In this document: in pieces, positions 53,301 through 64,000 of the stretch
Numbering within the stretch: position 1 is the stretch's first letter
How the letters are laid out: every line of letters starts with the position of its first letter
Assembly: GCF_018350175.1 (NCBI RefSeq)
Contig: NC_058368.1
Span: 109,680,001 to 109,744,000, forward strand
DNA from: Felis catus
Taxonomy: Eukaryota
Length of the DNA stretch: 64,000 nucleotides
Reading direction: 5' to 3'
The notes under the pieces: model-generated
Databases searched by the model: none
The model's input: the letters and a program-made list of their open reading frames with translations, nothing else
Told to the model about the DNA's origin: nothing
Program-made: the position numbers and the translations under genes

Positions 53301-56300
53301 GCCCAATGCAGGGCTCAAATTCAGAGAACTGTGAGATCATAACCTGAGCTGAAATCAACAGACACTTAACCAACTAAGCCACCCTGGTACCCCCAAGATA
53401 TACATTCTTAACTGCTGGTAAGAATCTAAGTTGCACAGACTTTCTGAAGGGCCATTTGGTAACTACAAGAAAATCTTAAAAATGTACATACCAAAAAAAC
53501 CCAAAAAAGATAGTATAAATGGTCATTATCTACTTAAAAAAATCCCTAAGAATCTAAAACAGAGCTACAAGAATATATGAGTTTAGCAAGGTCACAGGAT
53601 ACAAGGTCAATATACAAAAGTCAATTGTATTTCCTTTCTTTTCTTTTTTTTTTTTTTGTTTATTTATTTATTTTGAGAGAGAGAGGGTATAGGAGGGGCA
53701 GAGAGAAATGGAGAGAGAGAGCATCCCAAGCAGGCTCTGCACTGTCAGTGCAGGGCCCAACTGAGGGCCCAAACCCACAAACCATGAGACCATGACCAGA
53801 GCAGAAACCAAGCATCGGACACTTAACTGACTCAGCCACCCAGGTGCCCCTAAAAGTCAACTGTATGTCTATATACTAGCAAGAAACAATTGTAAAATTG
53901 AAATTAAAAAAATATTATTACAATACATAGAGATAAATCGGATGAAAAGTCCAACACCTCTACAGTGAACTATAAAACATCGGTGAGCAAAGTTAAAGGC
54001 CTAAAAATGATGAATACACACACATACACACACAGATTAATGCATAAGAAAACTCAAAACAGTTAAGGTATCCATTCTTCAAAAGCTGATCTATAGATTC
54101 AGTACAATTCCAACTGAAATCTCAGCAGTTTCTTTTATGTAAATTGATAACCTGATCCTAAAATGCATACAAAAATACAAAGAATCTACAATAGTTGCAA
54201 TGACTGAAAAAGAACAAAATTAGAGGACTAACACTACCTGATTTCAAGACTTATTATAAAGCTACAGTTATCACCACAGGGTGGTGTTTACAAAATCAAA
54301 TACATCAATGAAACAGAATACCATCCATACACATACATGGGCAGCGTTTTTTTTTGACAAAGGTATAAACAAAATTCAGTGGAGGGGGTACCTGGGTGGC
54401 TCAGTTGGATGAAATGTCCAAGTCTTGGTTTTGGCTCAGGTCATGATCTCACAGTTTTGTAGAATTAAGCCCCACGCTGGGATCTGCATTGGCAGCGTAG
54501 AGCCGGTTTGGGGTTCTCTCTCTCCCTCTTTTTCTGCCCCTCCCCCACTCACACTGTCTTTGTCTCTCTCAAAATAAATAAATTTTAAAAACTTAAAAAA
54601 AAAATCAAGCAGAGAAAAATGTCTTTTCAACAATTGGTACAGAACAATTGGAATGCAATGTGCAAAAATATGAACTTTTGAAAAGTTTGCCAATTTCTAA
54701 TAAGATTTCCCATAAAATTACTAGTTACTATATGGTCAAGCAATCCACTCTTAGGCTATTTATGAAAGAAAAAGGAAAACTTAAGTTTACACAAAAGACT
54801 ACATGAACCTTTATAGCAGTTGTATTCAAAAGGAACACCAAACTGGAAACAATCAAAATGTCCTTAAACTGGCAAATGGATAAACAAACTTGTATATCCA
54901 TACAATGGGATATATCGGCAATAATTAAAAAAAGAGGGGCACCTGGGTGACTCAGTTGGTTAAGCATATTACTTTGGCTCAGGTCCCGATCTCATGGTTC
55001 GTGGGTTCGAGCCCCACATTGGGCTCTCCGCTATCAGCACAGAGCCCGCTTTGGGTTCTCTGTCCCTGCCACCGCTCCCTGCACCCCCCCCCCACCCCTA
55101 ACGCACTTGTTCTCCCCCTACCCTTGTTTCTCCCTCTCTCTTTCGAAAATAAATAAAAATGAAAAAAAAAAAAAGAATGCAATATTAATATGTGCAAGAA
55201 CTTTAGTGGATCTCAAAGGAATTAACCAAGTGAAAGATGATGGACTCAAAGGCCACAGACTGATTCTATTTGCACACAACATTATGGAGAAGATAAAATT
55301 ACAGCAATATCAGTGGTTTCCAGAGGCTGATAAGCGCTTACTTACAAGGGGTCATGAAGAAATTTTTCATGATGAAATTTTTCTGTATCTTGATTTTGGT
55401 GGCGCTTCCAAGACTATAGTTATCTGTCAGAACTCACAGAACTGTACATTAAGAAGGATGAATTTTGGGGGCTCCTGGCTGGCTGAATTGGTAGAGCATG
55501 TGACTCCATCAACCCTCAGTTTGTTCTCTTGTCATTAGGAGTCTCTTGTGGTTTGTTTCCCTCTCTTCTCTTCCCCCCACCTTCCCATATGTTCATGTGT
55601 TTTGAGTAAACCTGACTTTAAAAAAAAAATACCCATACTGGGACACCTGGATGGCTCAGCGGTTAGCATTCCAACTCTTGACTTTGGTTCAGGTCATATT
55701 CTCACAATTTGTGAGACTGAGCCCCATGTGCTGATAGTACAGAGCCTGCTTGGGATTTTCTCTCTCCTCTCTCTGGTCCCCCCCCAAATAAATAAATACA
55801 CTTAAAAAAATGTTCTTACCAGTTAATCCAGAATAATGGATACATATATGCAAAAATTTAGTTGTATATTTATTATGGGAAGTATAATATGGTTTATAAG
55901 ATAAACTTGACAGATGGTAGTTACATTTGAGGTGAGCACAGCATAATGTATAAACTTGTGGAATCACTATAATCACTATGTTGTACCCCTGAAACTAAAG
56001 TAGCATTGTGTGTCAAATATTCTCAAGGAAAAAAAAAAGAGTAAACTATCCAACAGCAATGGAAATGGCCAAAAAGTTATTGTTTATCCATAAAGAACAC
56101 TACGAGGCCATTTATAATGTTAAAAAATGACCTAAAAGGTTATACATTAAAATGTAAAAAATGGTTGGGGTGCTTGGGTGGCTCAGTCGGTTAAGCATCC
56201 AACTCTTGGTTTCACTCAGGAAATGATTTCAGTTTTGTGAGTTCGAGCCCTGTGCCAGGCCCTGCAGCTGGTAGCCCGAAGCCCACTTGGCATTCTCTCT

Positions 56301-56849
56301 CTGCCCCTCCCTGACTCACACTATCTCTGTCTCTCTCAAAATAAATAAATAAACTTAAAAAAAAAAGTGTAAAAAATTATCTTTGGGGTAGGGTTATAAT
56401 ACATTTTTTCTTTACCTGTATTCTCTAACTTTCCTACAATGAACACGGAATGCTTGTGAAATCATAAAAAAAAAAAAAAAAATCAAGATATTTTTCCAAG
56501 TAACATATAACTAATGAGTACATAAGAGTGCTAAAGGCCTAAGAGAAATATCTAAACCTAATACAAATAAATAAATATCCTACTGAAAAAAAGCTGAGAG
56601 TAGTGAAAAATGTCAAGAACATCAAAATTGTTTTGTGTTTCAGTTACATCTAAAGCACAAAGAACTGGGGGGAGGGTGGGGGGGCGTGGAGGGTGTGGAA
56701 TAAAGCACACAAAACCAAAAGAAGGATAGACTCATTATTTTGGGTGCTAGGCAAATTGGTCACCAATGTCATGTTATAGGCTAAGAGAACAAGAAGGATT
56801 ATTTTTATTTTTCTTCATTCTTAACTCAAACACAATTATATGTAGAATG

Positions 56850-57900
56850 AAAAGAGTAGAACTGAATCCCAAGATAGTGAGGGGTGGGTAACAGGGCCCT
56901 TCTATCCATCTGAATGTGTTTAAGTCACATGGCCCAAGTGACTGCTCCCCAACATACCAGAGATTTTCCAGGTGACATGACTGTACTGCTGCTGGTAATG
57001 TGAGAAACCCTGGCATACATGAATGGTGCTGAAAGTCTGAGAGTAGGCAAATGCTGTTTTGACTTTCAAAGTGGAGAGAAAGGTAGATTCCACAAACTAT
57101 GCCAGTGAACTTGACATCTATTCCAGGCAAAATTCTGGCTGGATTTATTAAATCCATTCAAAAAGAGAAGCTCAATCACGAAGTATCAAATCATTACAGA
57201 CTAATACTCTTATTGGCTTCTGGGTATATGTATTTCAATAAGGCATCTAGGAAATAGATCAGTTGAGCATTATGGACAAAAGAGTACTGTTTAATAGGTT
57301 GAAGTAAATGTATAGCGGAGTATCTAACAATGGCCTGAGGGCTTGGTCTTTAGTTTGAATTTGCTCAACATTAAAAAAACACGTTTTTTTAACTGTTTAT
57401 TTTTGAGATAGAGAGCGAGCACGAGCAGGGGAAGGGCAGAGACGAAGACAGAATCTGAAGCAGGCTCCAGGCTCTGAGCTGTCAGAGCAGAGCCTGACAG
57501 CAGGGCTGGAACTCACAAGCAGTGAGATCATGACCTGAGCCAAAGTCGGACACTTAGCTGACTGAGCCACCCAGGTGCCCCTGATGTGTTCAACATTTTA
57601 TAAATGACTTGGATGAGAACAGAATACAGATGTGCATGTTTATCAAACCTATAGCTGACACAAAGCTAAGAGGGATAGATAATACAAAGAATGACCAAAT
57701 CAGGATCTAAAAAGGTCTTGACAGGCTAGAACTGAATGTCAAATTTAACAAGATGAAATTTAACAAGGGTAAAAGTAAGTCTGACACTTAAGTCCAGAAA
57801 ATCAATACAAGTACGAGACAGGGAAGCTTGACATGATAGCAATTCAAGTGGATAACATCTAGGGTTTTTACATGACTAAAATCACAGTTTAGGTGCAAAG
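56850..57900 (+). mobile_element. Ancient CR1/L3 LINE reverse-transcriptase fragment, split by a SINE (~57373-57582)
   Basis: GCTGACACAAAGCTAAGAGGG...CAGGATCTAAAAAGGTCTTGACAGGCTAGAA...AAGATGAAATTTAACAAGGGTAAAAGTAAG matches the recalled CR1/L3 RT pattern (ADDTKL...DLDRL...MKFN..K). Confidence 0.7.
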
Positions 57901-58026
57901 CTACAAAGTTAGAAGGGAGCAGGGTTTAGCTTCATCAATATTATTTTCCTTTCAGCTCAACATAAACTGTATGTAACAGGCTGATTCAGGAGGTAAGTAT
58001 GTCCTTCCTACCCAAGCCAAAGTTAC

Positions 58027-58360
58027 ATAATTCTCACAGATGCTGAATAAACGGTACTGGAATTCAGTGGAAGGTTTAGCAGAAGAAATGATCTGAGATA
58101 GTAAAAGATTCTACAAATCTACTTAAATATAAGTAGATGTAATTACAATTTACAAAGTGAAAATTATTTCATTTCAATTGATTTAAAGTTAACTCTGCTG
58201 AATGGGAAGCTCAAATTTAGGCTTTTATTATTATTATTATTATTAGTCCAACTAATATCCTCTCAATTGGGATCTCAACAGGGCACTATCTGGGGTCATT
58301 TTTTCTGTTAAACTTTCCACTGAATTCCAGTACCATCTCTTCAGCATCCACAAGAATTAT
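58027..58360. repeat. Inverted repeat, two 76-bp arms with a 182-bp spacer
   Basis: 58027-58102 versus the reverse complement of 58285-58360 aligns without gaps at 63/76 identities by manual count. Confidence 0.9.
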
Positions 58361-60159
58361 TTTTCCTCTATTAGTCCAAAGACTCTTAAAAAGAATGACA
58401 GCAGTACTTTCTCACTTCACATAACTAAATAAATACTAAAAATACTTTAAAAATTGTTATTATGGAATATATGGTCTTTATAAACAAAATTAAAACTTTT
58501 TGATGAAGATAAAATGAAAAATAATGGTTCCTCTTCTGCTTTCTGCCCCCAAATACTCCCTAAACTTGACTGGACTTCCCTAACTTCTAAAGGTCTCCTT
58601 CTCCAACTCCCTGAGGACTTAGTCTTTATACCATGACCGCTTTTCATCATACACCATTTATTTTCTTCCCCCAAAAGATTAGAAACTCCTAAAGATAAGT
58701 CTTTTACTTCTGTATAGCTCATTTACCAAATACAGGCGTTCCACAGAAAAACAACATTTACTAAACTTTCTGACACTTCTTAAATAAGAAATAACAATAT
58801 TCTTTAGATACTAAGTCTTTCACTTCATATAAGTGGATATTGGTTGGTTTTACCAATCTAGCATTCACTACCTAACCTACCTATCTAGCTCATCATTGAT
58901 TTATAAAGATCCATCCAATTGTGCTGGTAAAAGAATGAGATCTGCTAATCAGAGCATGGCAATCCCATAGACATGATTCAATCTAGACAATGAGATGCCA
59001 TCAACTTGAAGTTGGACAGATATAAAGGACCCTAGATAGCGCAGCCATCTTGGGACCAATGGAGTAGATCTATCCAAGTGTGAATCCAACACCCAAAAGA
59101 TCAAATCTGTGAGTTTGATAGTAACATAATTTAGCACACCTATTGAGTGTTATAGTCACTCTATTCTTGACTTCAGAATTGTTTGACTTCAAAGCCTTCT
59201 CCTCCAGGAGGCATACTACCTTGACTCCCTAGGCGTTTACCCTTAAGCTCAAGGAACTCTTCCTTGGGTGTGACAGGTGGCACTCACGAAGAACAACAAA
59301 AAATAATAAAAAACAGAAGTGTAAAAAGAAACAGATAAATATGCAAGCTAACTATGAGTGGTGAATTATGGACTTGCAAATGGTAACAACATGAAATGCC
59401 AGGAGAATGAAAAAATGGCAGTTCAGGTGTACATGTTGGTAGAAGACAAAAAAAGGCTTTACCAGAGAGGGGTGTCTGGGATGATTCCTGCATTATGCGT
59501 TCACAGCAAACCTCTTGTGCCACTGACTCTCGCTCAACGGCCACAGTGGCCAGCTTTTAGTTCTTAAAAATTAAAGTTCTTTCCTGTCTCAAAGCAATTG
59601 TCACTTTCTGGATGGTCTTTCCCCAAATCCTCTCATGACTGGCTCTTTTCTAATTTTTTTTTTTTTTTTTTTTAAGACAGAGAGAGGGAGGGGATGAGAG
59701 AGAGAATCTTAAGCAGGCTCCGCTTTTAGAGGGAAGCCCAAGGAGGGCTCAATCCTGACCCTCGATCACCACCTGAGCTGAAATCTTGAGTCAAGATGCT
59801 CAAAGGACTGAGCCACCCCATGAGCACCTCTTTTCTCACACTTTTGATCTCTGTTCAAATGCAGATCTCTGATCTCTGCAGGCATTCCTTTTCAGTCCAA
59901 CCAACCTAAACTGGACCTTTCTTTCCATCACCTCTTATTTCCTTCAAAGCTCTTTACTTAAAATGTTTAGTTGTTCCACTCTTTTCACCAAAGGAATATA
60001 AGTTTCCTGAAAGCACTATTTCCGGTCTTGAACACCTCCATTTCTTTAGACCCAAATTCTGGCAGAGAGCGGCATAATATTTTAATAAATATTAATTAAA
60101 ATAAATTAATATTTACTGAAGAGAATGAATGGCAGAAAGTGAGAAGATAACTTGGGGAG

Positions 60160-60860
60160 AAAAATCGGCGTTGTAGTCAGGGTTCCTGGGGAAGGCGATA
60201 GGAAGAGGGCAGGAAAAGCCAGCTGGGTTGGAGACTTCACAGGGAGTTGAAGGTTTACGTCGGTGAGACTGGAGGGTGTCGGATCAAGGCTTCAGGCTTG
60301 CCGGATCACGCGTGGGGTGGGCGGCTGGGTGGGCAAAGGGGCACACTTAGTGCCCAACTCCTGGGCATTCCCTTTGCGGAAACCAAACGCTAGGCTCTCT
60401 TCAGAACAGCACCTATCCCACCTCGCAGCCTAGGTCCCGCCCCGGGGACCTTACGCAGCCGTCTTCCACGCAATCACTAGCCCGTGGACACCAAACTTAT
60501 CGCCTGGGCCGAGCCCCCGCGGAGCTGCAACAAGTGAGAGAGACGACCACCCTCCGCCTGTCCACACTGAGGATCCGATACCTGCCCGCCATCCCGGCCC
60601 CTGCTCACTCACCGGCTGACGCGTTTCTCCCCGCCCCCAGCCCGCCCCGCGGCCCTACTCGGGCCCTCACTTACGCTTGTCTCCGAGCTATGAGCCGATG
60701 CATGGGAGTCGCCATCTTAGCGCGGCTGCGGACTGCCGCGCTGGGTTTTGGGAAGCTCCTCGGAAGGGGCGGGCCCTTCGAACCCCCAGCGGCCGCCTGC
60801 GTGGGCGGAGCCAGTCCGGCCTCGCGGGCCTCTGTGGCCGCCTTTGGGGTAAGCAGTGGG
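60160..60860 (-). promoter_or_regulatory. ZCCHC10: ZCCHC10 CpG-island promoter
   Basis: CpG-rich region around exon 1. ETS-like CGGAAG at 60761-60766, GC box GGGGCGGG at 60766-60773, YY1-type GCCATCTT at 60711-60718. No TATA box seen. Confidence 0.85.
60675..60715 (-). CDS. ZCCHC10: ZCCHC10 coding exon 1 (MATPMHRLIARRQA, phase-2 donor)
   Basis: Minus strand reads AAG-ATG GCG ACT CCC ATG CAT CGG CTC ATA GCT CGG AGA CAA GC|GTAAGT inside a CpG island. The peptide matches the recalled N-terminus of mammalian ZCCHC10. 41 coding nt. Confidence 0.95.
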
Positions 60861-63800
60861 TGGGTAGGTGTGTGTCTTGTTTCCTGTGTAGGTCTCTAGT
60901 TTAAGAAAGAAGGATGATGCCGGTTGTCTTGCATGCACAGGCCCTTGAAGAATGAGTACAGGTATATTGCGTGGAGAGGCCGGGAGAAACATTCTCAAAT
61001 AAGGGAAATATATATTATAATATATATTATACACACACACATAAATATATGAATAAAAGTGTGCAGTGTTCAGAAACGAGTCTGGAGGGCAAAATAAAAG
61101 GAATGGGCTTAAAAAAAATAAAAAGTAATGACTTGAGCAACATTGGAACCATAAATTGAAAGACCGACTATAGTGCAAATATATGTTAATTCTATCTTTA
61201 CTCTTTCGCAGGGATTTTATTAGGACCAAATGAGATTATGTAACTAAAGCTACTTTGTCCACTGGGAAAAGATACTAATATATTTAAATTTTTTTTAACA
61301 CTTATTTATTTTTGAGAGACAGAGAGACTGAGCACAAGCCAGGGAGGGGCAGAGAGAGAGAGGGAGACACAGAATCTGAAGCAAGCTCCAAGGCTCTGAG
61401 GTGTCAGCACAGAACTAACCTAATGCCTCACTCCAACCCGCAAACGGTGTGATCATGATCTGAGCCAAAGTCCAATGCTTAACCGACTGAGCCACTCAGG
61501 CGCCGTAGAAAAAGATACTAAATTTAATTGTTTTAGCATTTAGTGTCAGATCATGGAAATTTTATTCCCTTAAATCTACATTCTTTGAAACATAACTTTT
61601 TGAGCTGTGTATGTATGCACGTTTCTGGGTGTTCATTCATTTTTTTCAATTAATATTTATGAAGCACCTAAAATGTTTTCAAAACTGAGGATAGAGCCTT
61701 AGACAGGTAAAGTCTTTGCACACATGGAGCTTTCTACAAACAATAAGCCAAGGCAATGTCCAAAGAGCATAAATACTGTAAAGAATTCAGGGTAAGGGGA
61801 TAAAGAGTGATTTAGCACTGAGAGAGAAGGTGATAGATACCCTTAACCTTTGAGCACATCTTGTTCTTGACAAAGTGGAATCTTACTATCTGTTCTGTTC
61901 TTCAGCTTGCTTTGTTCAATTCTCAGTAGACTTCTGGATGTCTTTCCCCATGTCAGTACATACAGATTTAATTTATTCTTTTTCTATGTTAAGTTATATG
62001 GATTACATGGACGTTCTACAATTTATCCAACCAGTACCCTATTGATATACAATTAGATCTTTTGTCAAAAAGATGGGATGAACAGATTTTCAGGCACTCT
62101 TCTATTTCTGTAATCTGATCTTCTAGAATCACTGGGTCAAAGAGTATGTGTATTTTAAATTTTGATTGGTATTACCTATTGTCTTTTAAATAGGTTTTAC
62201 CCAAACATATTTCCTCACTAGAACTGAGAATGATCAAGCTTTTTTGTTGTTGTTGTTAAATGTTTATTTATTTTTGAGAGAGCGAGTGTGAGTGAGGGGG
62301 GAGAGGCAGAGAGACAGAATCTAAAACAGGCTCCAGACTCTGAGCTGTCAGCGCAGAGCCTGATGCGGGGCTCAAACTAGGCAACAGCAACATCCTGACA
62401 TACTCCGAAGGTGGAAGCTTAACCGACTGAGCCACCCAGGAGCCCTGAACGGTCAAACTTTTAAACTCTTTCCTACCTATCATTATTGATGAGATTAAGT
62501 ACCTTTCATATGATTATCGGAGACTTATTTTTCATGAATTGTCAGTCAGATTCTTTGCTTGTTTTTCATTTTCTATTTTTTCTTTTTTCTTTTCTTTTTT
62601 TTTTTTTTAAGTTTATTTGTTTTGAGAGAAAGAGAAACAAAGCACGCAAGCAGGGAAGGGGCAGAGAGAAAGGGAAAGACAGAGAATCCCAAGCAGGTCC
62701 CGCACTGTCAGCGCAGAGCCCAATTCAGGGCTAGACCCCATGAAACACGAGATCATGACCTGAGCTGAAACCAAGAGTCAACGCTTAACTGACTAAGCTA
62801 CCCAGGTGCCCCTCTTTGCTTATTTTTCTATTGGATATTGATCTTTTTAATATGGATTTGTAGAAACTTTTAATATTTTACATAAAGACACTTCATTTTA
62901 TGTTTTACAAATACTTTTATTATTTTGTTTGTAGTCTTTAAACTTTGTGATCTTTTACCATGTACTGAGACATTAAATTGTTAAGTAGGCGTTTTTAACA
63001 ATCTTTTCCTTATGGGTTCCTGGGTTTGACTAACACTTAGAATGGCCTTATATGTCCCAAAATTATTAAAATGTGTTCTGTGAGTCACCTGGCTGGCTTA
63101 GTTGGTAGGGCATGTGAGTCTTGATCTCGGGGTTGTCAGAGTCCCACATTGGGGTATAGAAAATGCTTAAAAGAATAAAAAATAAAATATTTTATTGTAA
63201 TTCTTTAATTACGTTATGGTTATATCCTTATTCCTCATTTATAGTGGGGTGCCTGGGTGTCTCAGTCGGTTAAGTGTCCAACTCTTAATTTTGGTTTAGG
63301 TTATGGTCTCACTGTCATGGGATGGAGCCCTGTATGGGGCTCTGTACTGAGAGTGGAGCCTGCTTGGTATTCTCTCTCTTCCTCTCTCTCTCTGCTCCTC
63401 CCCCTCTCTTTCTCTGTCTCAAGTAAAAAATTTTTTTATTAAAAATAAATTTTGTTAATCTTTATTTAAAGAGACAGAGAGACAGACTGTAAGCATGGGA
63501 GGGGCAAAGAGAGGGGGAGACACAGAATCCAAAGCAGGCTCCAGGCTCTGAGCTATCAGCACAGAGCCTGACACGGGGCTCGAACTCAAGAACCTGTGAG
63601 ATCACGCCCTGAACCAATGTCGGATGCTCAACCAACTGAGTCACCCAGGCGCCCCTCAAATAAACACTTTTTTATCCTCATTTTTAGTTTTTGAGATACC
63701 ATTTACTAAATCTATCACTTCCTTATTGATTTGAAAAACTACTTCTCATATACTAAATAGGTATAAGTTTAGTTTGTTTGAGCATTCTGTTTTCTTCTCA

Positions 63801-64000
63801 AGATCTGTCTGTGCCAGGATGTGTCATTGTTTTAATTTCCATGGTTCAGTAAGATATTTTGATATCTGATAAGGTAGTCCCTCCTAATTAATCTTTCTTT
63901 GTCCCCACTTTTCTTCATTGTTCCTAGGGATTTATTTCCCTAGAAAGGTTTTATTCTCAAATTTTCAAGTTTCCCACCAAATAAGATTCATCTGTCAGCT

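Noticed and set aside
60534..61229. ORFs of 121 and 170 aa across the ZCCHC10 promoter
   Set aside because: CpG-island and low-complexity artefacts, not in the spliced ZCCHC10 frame.

Overview
Mammalian genomic DNA from a carnivoran, almost certainly a felid: it is saturated with tRNA-derived CAN-SINEs, including near-consensus SINEC_Fc-type copies. The window holds one complete protein-coding gene on the minus strand, ZCCHC10. Its four coding exons (60675-60715, 42066-42230, 35557-35598, 34639-34906) have canonical GT-AG junctions and give a 516-nt CDS (171 aa: zinc knuckle, Ser-rich tail, C-terminal PPKKKKKK). A second CpG island at ~9.3-10.4 kb holds a non-coding minus-strand first exon, assigned to AFF4 by recalled synteny (AFF4-ZCCHC10-HSPA4); no AFF4 coding exon is in the window. 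The rest is mostly interspersed repeat: SINEs, L1, L2, MIR, CR1/L3, MaLR and ERV solo LTRs, and a fragmented hAT-Charlie transposon. Nearly all entries in the ORF track are repeat artefacts. I found no convincing new biological system. The best second-look items are: a disabled orthologue of the human ZCCHC10 cassette exon inside a CR1/L3 fossil, a 76-bp-arm inverted repeat in ZCCHC10 intron 1, three uORFs in the AFF4 leader, a candidate spliced divergent lncRNA from the AFF4 promoter, and a GC hairpin plus YY1/TISU-like motif at the ZCCHC10 start codon. Repeat family names and human comparisons come from memory, not from a database search.
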